Shown: positions 27,447 through 42,420 of the stretch, one piece after another
How the letters are laid out: every line of letters begins with the position of its first letter
How positions within the stretch are numbered: the first letter of the stretch is position 1
Source: the human T2T-CHM13v2.0 reference genome, Homo sapiens
Strand: one strand, 5' to 3'
NCBI RefSeq assembly: GCF_009914755.1
Contig: NC_060929.1
DNA: 64,000 bases
Position numbers and translations under genes: made by a program
The notes under the pieces: generated by a model
Told to the model about the DNA's origin: nothing
Databases searched by the model: none
The model's input: only the letters and a program-made list of their open reading frames with translations

Positions 27447-27844
27447 TTAGAGAAATACCTCAGAATCTCAGGAGAGATTACTTTTTTCTACCGCATTTGT
27501 TCTTTAATAAGACTAATAAGTCTCACCTCCTTAAAAGAAATCATCTTGGAGACTAAGAGATATTGACATCTCCAATCAATGCTCAAGATCATCTTTCCTT
27601 TTTCCCATCAGAGAATGAAGGTGCAGCTAAAATTTTTCAAGATTCTCTCAGAGATCATACATTTCAATCTACACTTAAAGCTGACTAAATATACTTAAGA
27701 GCATACTTTAAACACCATGCTGTTTCCTTGATGGACCATATGAGCATACATAAATGGATCGTTGCTCTGACAGGGAAACTAACATTGACCATACAAATAA
27801 CTTAGCCATGCCATTAGGTGGAGAGCAGCACAAGGGTCTAAAAC

Positions 27845-27990
27845 TTTGCAACTCAAAGTGTGGGCGGTGGCCTTGGCATCATACAGGAGCTTGTTAGGAA
27901 TGCAGAATTCCAGTCCCACCCCAGACCTCTATTAACATTTTAATAAGATCCTCAGGGGATTTTCAGCACTTTTAAGTCAGAGAAGCACCA
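27845..27990. mobile_element. MER5A-like MITE
   Basis: ctcaaagtgtgg...ggagcttgttaggaatgcagaatt...cccaccccagacct...ttttaataagatcctcagg. Confidence 0.75.
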
Positions 27991-28280
27991 CGTCTAGACT
28001 CAACAACCTTTTCTAAAATCCAAGTACCATTTTGTGTCTTAGAAGTAAATGAATTTGTTTGTGAGTCCTCTTCCTTTAGTAAATGTATAATTAAGGACAT
28101 TTCTGAAACAGAATTGTTATCCATATCATTTTAGAGATGTTATGCTTCTTAACAGGGCCATTTATAATAGGCAGCTACCACTAACAATTTCCAAAATTGG
28201 AAGAGGTGAGCAGAGAGAAGCAAAGGAAGAGAAAGCCATTACTGTAAAGCAGAGCAGTTTTACCAGTTGTACTCTTTACT

Positions 28281-28697
<417 letters not shown>

Positions 28698-28946
28698 TGA
28701 GTCCACTCAGGCAGCCAAAACTAGACTCAAAGAACACCATTGTTTCCACCAGTGAGCACAGGTGGTACAGTTCCCACTCTTCTCTAATCTAAACAACTGC
28801 TAGATTGCAGATACCTGGGGGACCAAGGGCCTCAGCTGCTCTTCACCTCTGGGAAAAAAAGCTACGTATCTTCTGCCTAAGACTTTTTTATCCTCTCCTG
28901 ATATTCATGCCATTATTGAGATTCAAGAAAGATAAGTCAGACCCAC

Positions 28947-29028
28947 CTGGAATCTCCGCATGTCACGTGGGTTTCCCGCATTCTTTAGGCAATTTTGGTT
29001 ACATTTGAGGAAAAATTTCAAGAAGAAC
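28947..29028 (-). CDS. EBF1: EBF1 internal coding exon (82 nt, probably exon 7), COE DNA-binding domain: (R)[27 protein letters not shown]
   Basis: Minus strand reads tttgtttcttcacAG|G TTC TTC TTG...TTC CAG|GTgggt. A branch-point-like CTAAC has its A at 29053. The peptide is the highly conserved COE DBD segment. 1 nt plus 27 codons gives phase 2 in, phase 0 out, matching the next exon. Confidence 0.97.
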
Positions 29029-29531
29029 CTGTGAAGAAACAAATCATCATGGTTAGCATTTCGGTTTCTGACACGGGAGGGAAAAAAGAGGTAAGTCACC
29101 CCTGGGTTGTGCATTCGATTCTCTTTACATGTTTTCTGAAATATTCAGCATGGTGTTAGAGCCAATATTTCATTTGTGGCTTTAGCCTTTGTTTTGTTTC
29201 CACGCTGGACCTTCCTTATGACACAAACACTGTTGGCACTGCCAACAGATCTCACAGAAGAATTAAGCCCCAAGGAAGTATTTTCACTCATACAGAGGGA
29301 AAGCTTTCATCATAATTTAAGTTAGGTTCCAATTGGATATAATTGTCTGAGAATTACTCATGGTCCCCAACGACAACATGCAGTTTAAGCCCTATAAACT
29401 CACAGATGATGAACTGGCAAATACATGCTGGATGAATACAAGGATTTGGTAACCACTTTTTATCTTAGCCTCTCAAGTAAAATGTTTTAATTAGTACTAC
29501 CCATGAGAAATAAGTAAAATTCACAAACTAA

Positions 29532-29886
<355 letters not shown>

Positions 29887-30012
29887 CTCCTGTTTTTCTT
29901 AAACTGTCTGCTGTAGACAAGAGCTAGCTGTGATTGAATAAAGATTTTCCTGCCTCACTGCCACCTTGGTTTCTGAATTGGTTCTGTAGTGAGATTCATG
30001 GGTTTTACTTGC

Positions 30013-30146
30013 TAAGGTGACCAAAGGTCCCAATTTGCCAAGAAAAATCCCAGTTTATACCAGCTGTACTGGTGTATATATTAATAGTACCTACTTTAAC
30101 TCTCAAAAATGTCTTGGTATGGGTGATAAATTATATGGTCACCCTA
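30013..30146. mobile_element. hAT-Blackjack MITE (MER94/MER81-like)
   Basis: Terminal inverted repeats taaggtgacca / tggtcacccta, 134 bp long; degenerate 8-bp TSD ttacttgc / taactttc. Confidence 0.75.
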
Positions 30147-31399
30147 TAACTTTCTGAGTTATTTCTTATGTAACCATCACAGTTGTTAAAGTCTATCATG
30201 GAAAAGCAGCAGCTACTAAAAGTGTCATATTGGGGCATTCATGTCTACCACCTGTAATTAAACCTTCTACCTGCCCAGGTTTGGGAAAAGAAGTATTTCC
30301 AAAGATACCTAAGTTTTGCAATCTCTTTTACTACTAGGCCTAGATGTGATGTGCCTGTGGATTTCAGGCCGAAATGTTTCCTAAAAATATCAAAATGCAT
30401 TAAAATGCTGGTCAACTGAATTCTTGTTGTAATTCAATTCTCTTCCCCTTTCTTCCACTTCAAGTCCACACTGGAGTAAAATCCCCATCTCAACACAAAT
30501 AGATTATGAAGAACTATCACCCTATGATGCCTCAGTCTGAATTTGGCTCTGACTGCAATGTCTGTCAATCATGTAACACTGGGATCCTCTATAACAACAG
30601 CACTGCACGAAGACATACAGAGTTCAGCCAATTTCTGAATATGAAACTGAGAGAAGTCCCAGATGAATCCCTCTGCTCCTTGGTCTCTTAGAATCTGCCA
30701 AGATGGGAGTATGTTGTGGGAATCATTCTTTAGAGACAAACAATGGCCTTTTCAACCAAAAGAGTAACATTTAAAAATGCAAACATCGTCCTAAAATGAC
30801 TGTTTAACACCACACAACATTTGACTGCCCATCAATGAAAGCAGGCCTCTAAATAATCACTTGCCGCTACTTCCAGATTCTCTCCACAGAAGCCAAAGTT
30901 GATCAACCTTTCGTCCAAGACAAATGGCTTACAGAACACCACTGAAGCCCAGCTGTGTGAAACAAAATCTGATTTTGAGCTCTCCTTTTCCGGTACCAAG
31001 ACCCACACTGTCCTTGCACAGGACAATCAGCCAGTCATTGACTCTTGCCCACTTTCAATATGACAGATTTGGTAAAGGAAGGGGGGTTAAGGGAGTGGCC
31101 CAAATCCTAAGTGCCTTTGCACTGTCTTGTTGGTCTGAGCTCCCAGAAGGCAAGTGCTGGGTAGCCCTGCTGATCACACATGGCTTTCAGAAACCATTTA
31201 ATACAGTGGAGCTGACTGTTGTGATCCTTGAATCTTGCTAGGGTTCAATCCTATATCCATAGACACTGAAGACATGAAAACTGGCTGCTGCTTTCAAGAA
31301 CAGTCAGTTAGAAGGGCATATTTCAAAGCTACTTCAAGCCCCAGGAGAGGGCTGATTATCACTAAACTGACAACAAGAGTGGGTGTGATATGGTGAAAG

Positions 31400-31850
31400 G
31401 CCACAGCCATTAGAAACACCCAGAATAATGAGATTCATATCCTGACTCTGACAGGTACTACCTGTGTGACTTTGGATAAGGAGCTGAACTTCTCTGCACC
31501 ACACTTTCCTTATCTATAAACTGGTGCAATAACAGGCCTTACTGTATAGGGAAACTGTGAAAATTGCGATAAGGCAGAGTAACAGATACATGGTAGGTAT
31601 GCTGATGGTGGCAGTCATCATAAGAATGGCTTCCGTGTATTGGGTGCTTACCTTGTGCTCAGTTCAATGCTAAGAACAAATCTGTTTTCTCATACAATCC
31701 TCCTAAGTAACCTCTGCTATTAATCCCATTTTATAGATGAGAAAACTGAGATTCAGAGAAGTGAAATAACTTGTCCAAAGCTAGGAAGTGTGAATCTAGA
31801 ACTCAAATTCAGACAGTGTAGCTCCAGAGACTGTACTCTTAACCACCATG
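31400..31850. mobile_element. Two MIR fragments in opposite orientation
   Basis: ctgtgtgactttggataagg...tttccttatctataaa, then cccattttatagatgagaaaactgag...taacttgtccaaag. Confidence 0.75.
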
Positions 31851-34119
31851 ATGTAGTAGTTTTAGTAATGACAGAAGTAGTGCAGTAATGATGTTAATAC
31901 TAATTGTACTATTGATAGCAATCGTACTGTAACAGCAATTTTGCTAATAAGAGTAAATAAGATTAATCGAACTACTAAGAATAATTATTAGTATCATGAT
32001 TTCCACAACAGCAACATGAACATTATGGAGGTAGACGTCATTGCCATTCTCCCTTAAGAGGGCCCCCTGCTTGCTTCCCCAGGGTTGGTAATATTTGCTG
32101 CCCATGTGTGTTTAAGCCATTTGAGCCCAGACAAGACAGCCAGATTCAGGTTGTGCTAGAAGGAGCTGTCAGCACACCCTCTGGCTTCTTCAAGTCAGAC
32201 AACTGCTAGCCACCATGAGGGGGTCCATCTGGTGCCAAAATGAATTTTGAAAGACAGGCAAACAGGACACCAGCTATGCCAGGGAGAAACAGAATCAAGG
32301 GAGCAGAGGATCTTCTGCCTCAAAGATGAGCTGGGGCAGGGCGCCTGTCAGCAGCCCATCGTTAGCACAAAAGCTATGCCGGGCACACACCAGATCCCTG
32401 TTACCCTAAGCTGGCCTGTCACTTGGCATGCTGGCAGAGTCCCCCGCCTGCCCCCTCAACAGTGGATCACTTGCTGAAATTGAAAGCTTGACCATCTGTC
32501 GTGGGGAAGACACGGCCATCAACTGGTGCCTGAGGCCTCACACAAGCCCTTATGTGGAAAAGACGCTCTGAAGGGCCAGTTCTTTTGGGGAAAGCCAGCC
32601 CTACCCCAGAGGGAGCCTCAGAAATTCTTTCAAAGTTTTCCCCTAAGTAAAAGCCAAGTGCCTGACCCTTTTGGATTACAGTTCCTTAAAGGAACTGAGA
32701 GGAGTTAGAAGGAGGAGTTAAAAATATCCCCACTGAGAGACAGACATGGCACACGAATTTGGGGGATGACTTATCAGGCTAAGTTTATAAGGCCTTTGTA
32801 AACCGGGGGACATGTGCACGTCTGCTGGCCTACGGAGAAGATCTCAGATTCCGAGGGGGCTTTTAACAAAGCAGAGGTTATTGTAACTCAAAACCTCACT
32901 TTTGTCTAATGAATTGCTGCATTTTGTGAGGCGGGTGTGTTTGATAAAGTGTTGTCAGGAGAAAAAGTGTGGCAGCCTTACCCCAACTGTGGGAAACTGA
33001 CCCACAGCAGGACAAAGCCCCTATTGACCCTGTAGAGTTCCAAGGAGTTCCATAAACTCCAGGAAACAGCCTGACCAGGATCAAACTCCTTTTTAACTCA
33101 AGCCTTTTTTTTTTTTTTTTTTGAGGGGGAAGGAAGGAGGTAACGAGAAACTCGACATCTTTCTGTTAACTTTCAGTACAAATAATATCATCTTGTGTTC
33201 ATGTAATGCGTTAATTATTCAGAGCACTTATATTCCCAATATCTCACTAAATCCTCACGGAATTTCTATAAATTAGGTGCACCAGGAATTATCAAAGCCA
33301 TTTGAAAGGCAAGAAAAACAAAGACAACAAAATTAAGGGATTTATCTACAGTCAACAACCAATCTCGTAAATTGACCGAAAGGACTAGTCATGGTATGTG
33401 TTTTCCATGAACTCTAGGATTTTATAAGTGATCTTAATCATCACTTAGTCTAACCTCCTCATTTTGCCTATGAGAAAAATTAGGCATCAGAAGACATGAC
33501 AATATTCACATAGTTAGTAATGAATATCAGAGCTGGAACTATAATCCATATGTCCTGATGTCTAGTTATATAATTTTCCCAACATAATATTAGCTTCTCA
33601 AGCCAATCCTGTAAGAGCTGAATGCCTGCGCTCTTAAACTGTTTAGTCTACTACCTCAAATGGGAAAGTGACAGTCATAAAACCAAAAGGTGACATCCTA
33701 TTAAAAGTTTTATTTGGGTTCATCAATCAGGCCAGTGTAGGACATTAGCCCATCACGGAACTAACTGAACCCAATACAAACATTTGTAGAACAAAATTGC
33801 TTGTTCAATGACATACCTGTATCACCTTTTACCAACCAACAGATATTAGTATCTAGTTTGAGTAGCTTTCATGTGACCAGCACGGTACTCAAGACCAAAA
33901 GGCACTTCTGGACTCCCCCAAAAGGAAAATTAATTCAATTAGTCAGCAGGATCTGACTCACCTACATAAGGATATAAAATTTTTAAAAAATCATCCCTGC
34001 ATGCATAGTGCCCGGCGTAAGACCTAGAACCCAGTGGTTTTTCAGTAAATACTTGCTCAACTAAATGGAGTCTAGGGTCTGCAAGGGATAGAAATAAGGG
34101 TGTTTTTACAGTAAAGACA

Positions 34120-34445
34120 GCAGTAGAATATACTGGGCAAGAGCTTGCATTGGAGCTAAGAGAAGCCTGAGTGAATTTCAACAATTCCTGAACCTCAGTG
34201 GCCTCATTAAAACATGAGAATAATAGTACCTCTCTCCTAGGATCACTGTGCAGCTTTCACCGTAATTTTAGCTTTACTCCTTAATTAATTGGGTGACTTT
34301 AGATAAATTATTTAACCTCTCTGTGCCTCAATTTTCTCATCTGTAAGATGGGAGGAACATCGGAACCTACTTTAAAGAGTTAAGAGAATTAAATGAGTTA
34401 ACATATGTGGAGTGTTGAAATAGTACCTGCCATAGAGGAAGTGAT
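34120..34445 (-). mobile_element. MIR fragments
   Basis: tgactttagataaattatttaacctctctgtgcctcaattttctcatctgtaagatggg. Confidence 0.8.
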
Positions 34446-36964
34446 AATTATTTTCTTCATCATTTATCCCTGGCAACTGCTCACTGCCTAGCACTCAGAG
34501 ATGTTGAGATTTTCAGATACAAAAAGTATTCTTCACTCTTTAAATGTTAAGGTCAAGAAAAGAAGCAAAGACCTATGTACCCAATGAGAACTATAGGTTT
34601 CATTGAATGACCTACAAAAAGAAAAAAAAAAAAAAAAGAAGAAGAAATAACCACCAAAGAAAGATAATAATGACTACAGCAGCTTTACCCAAAGGCTAAG
34701 ACACATAAAGGAAAGGGGTAGTGCCTTAAATCGTGGAGAACTCCAGCCAGTCAGAACTGAAGGGCACACACAGTAAAACTGCCCATTAGGCAACAGCTTG
34801 TACATCATTAATTATTATGTAAAGCATTGCAATCAATCTGGGCTGAGCAGGTTGAGTTTTTACCTCCCCCAACCCAAATTCTGAAAAATCACGTTTGGAT
34901 TTTTGCAGCTGCTCTCATAATGTCCATGCTAGACAGGAAAAGCATCAAGGCACACCTAAACTGAGACACAAAACCTACATTTGCAATCTTAAGGCTCCTC
35001 GAAAGTTCCTCTTGACTTATGCCTGCAGATGGTTATGTGGCAGATGATCCTTCCCGCAGATATTCAGGACACGGAGACTTGCTCTGGCCCAATGCAGGAA
35101 ACAGCTGTGTGGAAACAACTGTGGGTTCCCTTCTGTGTGAAGTTCAAGCTGCTCCCACCCCACACACACTGGAGGGTAAACAGCAAAATGCCTCATGATT
35201 AAAAGGACCTCTTTGGAAAAGTTGTTTCCATAGACGGCACCATCACCTTTGCTTTGAAAAAGAAATGCAGAACCTCCTGCCTCCATGTCCAAGCCTACTG
35301 CCCAGAAATAGCCAAGGAAGTCTTTCTAAGAGTCTAAGGATTATCTCCCAAATTGAAAATATTGAACCAAAAAGCACCTATCCCTACCCAGCCCACCTGA
35401 GCTGCCAGGGGCTTTATCCGAAGGTCATCACTACCTCCTGGTAGCCTTCAAAGACACAGAGCTCTGAGAAGAGGTAAACAAGAGTCTCAAGGCCCTGAAA
35501 AATGGATCTCCCTTGCAACAGAGCAGGCCAAAACAGTGAGAAGGAGAAAACTCTATTTTCAATGTCAAAGAAAGCGTTTTGGTTCCTAGCACACAGAAGT
35601 AGTTGTAGAGTACAGTTCATCCATGTGAAAATCTGATACCCATAAGGCTGCCAAAATCCCAGGATGCCACAAGGGCAGGCTGAGGAGGCTGAACCCATGT
35701 AAGGGTAAAGGTTGCTCACTGCCGGGCTGACTTCCTCTCCTTTTCTGATATTAACATGCATTCCTGAGAGAGACCCTCTTTGACTTAAGCACCAATCATT
35801 CTGTTTGAGAGGTGGGGTGGGCAGAAAGGGGAGGAATAAGATCCTGGAGGGAATTCTGCACAGATGAAGCAAATTCTCTCCTCTCTCCCTGCAGTGGAGG
35901 GTGGAATGGTACCGAGTTGTGGCACTATCTTGGGGATCCCAGGGGGAGAGCATGTGGCTGCCCCTATTCTTGGCCACTGATTTCAAGAAGTTTACCTTTT
36001 CCACTGGCCAAGGTCCTTTAGATCTTGGGCATTTCTGGAAAGTGTTCTCAGCCTGAAGGGATGAACATGATCAACCTGAAAAGCATTCATTACCTCAGAG
36101 CTCAGAGTATGCCCTTGAGGGAAGGGCATCATTAGTGGCAAGAATTTAAAAAAACAAAATGGTTTTGTCATAGCACAGCAGCCAATGAAAGAATTTAAAA
36201 ATAGTTTTAAGGAAAAGGACGCACTCCACGTAGGTCTCCTCATACTAGAAGTCAAATCTGAAAGGCAGGAAAAAGTCTTGAGACAGTGAATAGGTAGAGG
36301 ACAGGACAACTAACCAGTTGCCAATGGGGAAAGAAAAAATTACAATTTCTTAGAAATGACACAGAGAAGGGAGGTTAGAGCAAGGGGGCTGTAGCTTAAC
36401 ACTGACTTCTGGCTATCTGGCCCAACTTACTCCCCTAGCAATGTCTGACTGGAAATTTAAGAGAGAAAGAATTCTAAGTTCATGTGTGGTAGAGAAGATG
36501 TTTATCCTCACGGATGTTCTTTTACACAGATTACTCAAATGCCAAGTGTTTCTTGCCAAAACATATTAAGGTGCAAACTCTGGCCCTGGGCGAATATTTG
36601 AAGTCATCCTAATGATTTGAAATGTGGCAGAAATGAGGCAGATCACAAAACCAAGTGTCCGTCTGTCCTTCTTGGAACTGGGGACAGACTGAGGACACAT
36701 TTGTTTTAAACTGTTTCCATTACAAGGAACCAAATTTCTACTGGGAATCATGGCCACAGAGTTCCTGCAGACCAAGGGACAGGTTTTGAGCAAAGGTATC
36801 AGGACTTGCACTTCTGGATTACTGGTGTAAATCTTTCCCCAGGCTGAAAAGGATGCACAGGCAGGTGGCAACTTTGCTTCAGTAACAGCGACCCACCCCA
36901 CAAAGCCAAGCATAAAAAATGAGGCAGAAGGAGCCTCAGCTCCTCAACTTAGCAGTTACTACAG

Positions 36965-37190
36965 CAAACACAAGCACTGCACCATGTGTAAGGCCGTGTC
37001 CTGAGTGCTTTGCATGTATCAATTTACTCTGTACAACAGTCCTATGAGATTCTACTTCTTTTCTCATTTTACAGATAATGCTACCAAGAGGTAAGGTAAT
37101 TTGCCCAAGGTTTCCCATCTAGTAACAAGTGGAGCTGAGATTTGAACATAGGCAGTTTGACTCCAAAGCCCACATCCATTAAACTATATT
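36965..37190 (+). mobile_element. MIR
   Basis: ctcattttacagat...ggtaatttgcccaaggt...gtggagctgagatttgaacataggcagtttgactccaaagccc. Confidence 0.85.
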
Positions 37191-38229
37191 CTTTACATGT
37201 TATATATATATCGTGGGATCATTGACCATTCTGGTTATATTCTTATTATCATCACCAGATTCATTCAAAATTACAACTGAAGCCAGCATAATCATTTCAC
37301 TAGAAATGCCAACACTTTCACTAGATTATAGCCAATTATAAATTTTAATATTTTTTGAGTTTGCTCCCAACCACTCTCACCCTATTTGTGATCCCTCAAA
37401 TGCATTTTAACCATAATGAAAGACCAGTGGGTGATCTGGTAACAGAACCAACCCAAATATGGAGAACAGTGGCCAAAACAAAACCAATGTAATCTGGGTC
37501 TCTTGGGAAGTGTCAATGAACATCACCATAAGGATTAAATTATACTATATGTAATTATGATAGTCACCAGTCACTACTTTTGTGTGTGTTTCATGCAGAC
37601 AGAAAGCCAGGGGTTGAAAATGAAAGGCTGTTAATATCTCCTTGTTCAGTACATATGTGTTTAGCATTTTAAAGCAGATTCATTTAGAATCTCACGTTAG
37701 AATTTCACTTTTCCCTTCTAAGGACTCAGAGGGTTTCGATATTAACTTCCCCTGTGGAGGTGACAGATGTCAGAGAGAGATCAAGAAGTTCAAGTCCACA
37801 GTAACTGAGGCATACAGTTCTGCCTGGATGCTCAACTTATGATTCAAGACTTCAAAAAGTACAAATGTTCGTTGTCACACATTCATTCACTTACTCAACC
37901 AACAGACCTTTCCAGAGAGTCCAATATGTAGTGATGCTTCTCATTCAATACCAATTTTACTAAGAGCACCATGATTTTGGTTCAAGTTTTTCTCCAAAAG
38001 AAAAGTAAAAAAGAAGACAACTCTTTACATTCAAATTCCCAGGAAAACTTTTGACTCTTAGGATGATAGAGTATTCAAGTAATTGCCAAGGAAGATTGAA
38101 TACTTTTAAAATATTAATCAGTTGTGGCTGTTCTGGCAGGGGCTAGATCAGTGAATCTTTCAAAGTCCCTAATAATGCCAATAATATGCTCTCCTACTCT
38201 TCACTTTTCAGCATTCTTTGCTAAGTCAC

Positions 38230-38600
38230 ACCAAGCTACATCCTGTGCCCTGAACATGAAATCTCCTTCCTGCCTTCACCATAGGCTGCCTCCCTGGATC
38301 TGAAATGCCTCCCTCACTCCCACACCATCTCAGCTTCCCATCATCCCACTTATCCCTCCAGGTGCGGTATAAATGTACTGAGCTCATGAAACCTTCCCAG
38401 ATACCCAGAGCTAGAATTAATCCCTGCCACCTACACTCTGTTACAGCACTTGTCACACTTGGTCTTCACTGCAAGGCCTGCAGTTGCTTGTATAATGGTC
38501 TGCCCCTGCAAGACACCACGGACTTCTGATAGTGCCTTTCCATTCCTGACAGCTCCTTGCACAGCTGTACATGCAAAGCACTGAATACACAGCTGACTTA
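38230..38600. mobile_element. Decayed L2 fragment
   Basis: cacaccaagc...gaaatgcctccctc...gaaaccttcccagata...acagcacttgtcacac. Confidence 0.55.
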
Positions 38601-39642
38601 AACTACCTGCAAATATTAATGGCAGTTAGCTTTGAATTATAGCACAAAGATTATTTCTTTCTTCTATATTTTCTGACTTTTCTATGAATAGGCACTACTT
38701 TAATGAAATAACAAACAACTGCATTGTAAAACTTCAAGTGAATATCATTCAGCACAGAACCTAGGGATGTTGGCCCCATTCTACAAGGAATAAATTAGGA
38801 ACTAAAGATTACGAGTGGCTTTCTCAAAGTTTCTATGCTCTAAGATTTACCATTTAACTCAAATGTGAACAGTTAAGAGCTATCCATCTCACACTCTGTA
38901 AAATGTACATCATTTATTAGTTTCATATTGCATAATTCATACATGAGTATCAACTGGGAAGGCTCCACACCATTGGTGTCCTTAACTTCCTACTTAATAT
39001 TTTAAACTTTGATGTTGAGAAATTTTTATCTCCAAGTTAAACCTGCCATTGTTTTCCCATCATTCAAGTGTAACCCAAAGGAATAAAAGGCCATATAACT
39101 AAAGTCTGTTTAGTTTCTTCTCCAAAATTCTACAGACCATTCTGTTGACTTTTGTTGAAACCCTTAGTTAAAACTCTTAATGATTTACTATTTCTTCATT
39201 CAGCCTATTTTCTTAGGTTATCTATTTATTCATTCAGTCTGTCCTTATTCAATAAGTATTTACTAAGCACCTACTTTGCACCAAACAGAAGGCATACAAC
39301 AGACAACCCAGTCCCTTCCCTTGTGAAAGTTCATTGAAGTACAGTTCTCATGCTGTCTTCATCAGAATTACCTCAGAAACTTGTCCTGGCAGAGAGAAAG
39401 TAGGAACTGTATGAAAATTTCTGTACGTACTCTTTCCTGTGGGATGAGTCCACTTGGACCAGAGGGGCATTTGAAGAATTTTGATGCACACTAAAGCTTG
39501 AGAATTGATAGCTAGTTGATTCTTAAAATTAATAATACCATACTATGTGATAAGTGAAATGATGGAGCTATATACCAGAAATTGTGAATTGCCTGGGCAT
39601 CTCATCATGTGCAATTGAAATTCAGCATAAAAACTTAAGTAG

Positions 39643-39921
39643 GGCCAGGTGTGGTGACTCACGCCTGTAATCTCAGCACTTTGGGAGGCCGAGGCGTGTG
39701 GATTGCTTGAGGTCAAGAGTTTGAGACCAGCCTGACCAACATGGTGAAACCCTGTCTCCACTAAAAATTTAAAAATTAGCCAGGCATGGTGGCGGGCACC
39801 TGAAATCCCAGCTATTCTGGAGGCTGAGGCAAGAGAATCACTTGAACCTGGGAGGCAGAAGTTGCAGTGAGCTGAGATGGTGCCAGCCTGGGTGACAGAG
39901 CGAGACTCCATCTCAAAAAAA
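39643..39921 (+). mobile_element. Alu (AluS-like) with a ~10-nt right-arm deletion
   Basis: ggccaggtgtggtgactcacgcctgtaatc...gagatggtgccagcctggg...ctcaaaaaaa. Confidence 0.95.
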
Positions 39922-39928
39922 CAAGTCA

Positions 39929-40270
<342 letters not shown>

Positions 40271-41006
40271 AAGAAAGGGAAGAAGGAAAGGGAAGGGAAG
40301 GGGAATGGGAGGGGGAGGGGGAGGGGAGGGGAAAGGGAAGGGAAGAAAGAAAAGGAAGAAGGGAAGGAGAGGGAAGGGGAGAAGGGAAGGAGAGAAGGGA
40401 AGGGGAGGAAAGAAGAGGGGGGAGAAGGGAAGGGGAGGGGGGAGAAAGGAGGGGAGGGGAGAGGGGAGGAGAGAGGGGAGGGAAAAAGGGAAGGGGAGGG
40501 AAAAAGGGAAGGGGAGGGGAGAAGGGAAGGGAAGGAAAGGGCAGGGAAGAAAGGAAGGGAAGGAAAGGGAAGGGGAGGGGAGGAAGGGAAGGGAAGTAGG
40601 GAGGAGAAGTAAAGGGAAGGAAAGGGTAGAAGGGAAGGAAAGAAAGGAAGGGAAGAGAAAGGAAGGGAAGGGAAGAAAATGGAAGGTAAGGGAAGAGAAA
40701 GGAAGGGAAGGAAAGGGAAGGAGGGAAGGGAAGGGAATAGAAAGGAAGGGACGGGAAGGGAAGAAGGGAAAAGGAGAAGAGGGGAGGTGAAGGGTGTGGA
40801 GGGGTGGGGAGGGGAGGCAGGGGGGAGGAGAGGGGAAGGGAAGGGTAGGGGAGGGGAGGGGAAGGGGAGGGGAAGGCAGGGAAGGGTGGGGAGGAGGGGG
40901 AGAAGGGAGGGAAGGGGAGGGGAAGGGTGGAGAGGGGAGGGGAGGGAAAGGGTGGGGAGGGGAGGAGAGGGGAGGGGAGGGGAGGGGAGGGAGGGGAGGG
41001 AAGGGG
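40271..41006. repeat. ~735-bp polypurine low-complexity repeat (GGGAA / GGAA / GGGGA units)
   Basis: Almost exclusively G and A on the plus strand. Confidence 0.98.
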
Positions 41007-42119
41007 TTCTTGTTTGCGTTAGAAAGCTGATATTTGGAAACTTTATGCTTCAAGGAAAATAAATAAACTCACTTTTCAACCAAAAAAAAAAGTACATATA
41101 GACAAAAGGGATCAGCTGAAAAAGCTATTCCCCAAGGTGTGGGGGGTGGGGGACACAGAATCTTGCTAAGGATGAAAAGTATTTTGAAACTATTTTAAAT
41201 AATCATTACCCTTTTAATATTCACCGCATCTGTCTGTTCACTTTTCCCATCATACCCTCCCTTGTCCCAGTCTCAGCATCTTCATGTGTTGCCTGTCATC
41301 CCCCGGCCTCACACATCATTGGGGATAATGAATTTAATTTGAGCAATGGATTTCATTGAAAAAAAATCTCTGCATCCCAACATGCCACACAAGCTGAGCT
41401 CAGATAAAAACAAGTGACTCCTTAATTTGGATTTAAACCTCAGGACCAGTCTACAAATAAAAATGACCAGCGAGCATCATGCCCACAGAGCACTGACAAT
41501 AATCTCCTGTGCTCCAAATTATTCTAGTCTATATTATAGACGATCCAATAAGCCTGTGTGTTCTAGTCCATAAAAATATAAGAAGAAATTTATCATTTTG
41601 AAATCATAATGCAAAATAGAGTCTGACACTTTATTAAGCACTATTTCTCATGATATCATAAGGATGCTGATGGAAAATGAAACTAAAGCAGTATCAGAGA
41701 CGAACAATGACAGCATTTAGACTTTCTGAGGGTGCTTTGTAGCTCACAGGTCACTCGCTTGCCCTCCCCGCATGTCACTTTTGAACAGCTTCAGTTTAAA
41801 CCTGAAACACTGAAAACATAATTCTGAAAAAAGCTTTCATTTTATCACAAAATTGGTTGATCATTTACAAAAAAATGCTGGAATGGGATAAGAAATGATC
41901 TAATCCAGATATTCTTAACCTGCAGTCAGTGGGTGGTCTACATGGCATCCGTGATCACCCCAACATTGTATGCAAACTTTTGTATACTTGTTTTCCTGTG
42001 GAATGGGTCCAGAGGCTTCAGAGGACAGGAGTCTGAATTGACTGCCAGAATCCTTTTTATTCTGTTTTGATAACAGTCTGCTATTCTCTTTTTTAGAGAA
42101 CAACTTCGCCCTCACTCAA

Positions 42120-42420
42120 GAGTCTTTACATTTCAGCAGCATAAACTCATTCCACACTTGGACCAAAGAGGCACTTGTGATTTAGGCCTGGCCAGTCAGA
42201 GTATCATAACCCCCAACTATATATCTGCTTTAGAGACTGGCATGTGACCCAAGTCAAGCCAATCAGGCTCTATCTGAGCTAGTCTCAGGATTTTTGTTTG
42301 GGCGGCTTTAAAAAAAGAGATGGAATTTCCATTTATGAGAGTTGAACCCAAAAAGATGTGCAGCTGGGGTTGCTGGAAAATTCAATACATTTGAGATGAA
42401 TCTATAATAGAATATAATCC
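42120..42420. mobile_element. Old MLT1 LTR fragment
   Basis: tgtgatttaggcctggccagtcagagt...ggcatgtgacccaagtcaagccaatcag. Confidence 0.55.

Noticed and set aside
29089-29098. Strong plus-strand donor GAG|GTAAGT close to the 82-nt exon, suggesting an antisense exon
   Set aside because: A single 9-mer with no identifiable partner acceptor or promoter; expected by chance.
35414-36004. 196-aa minus-strand ORF
   Set aside because: No similarity to EBF or any family I recognise and no supporting splice structure.
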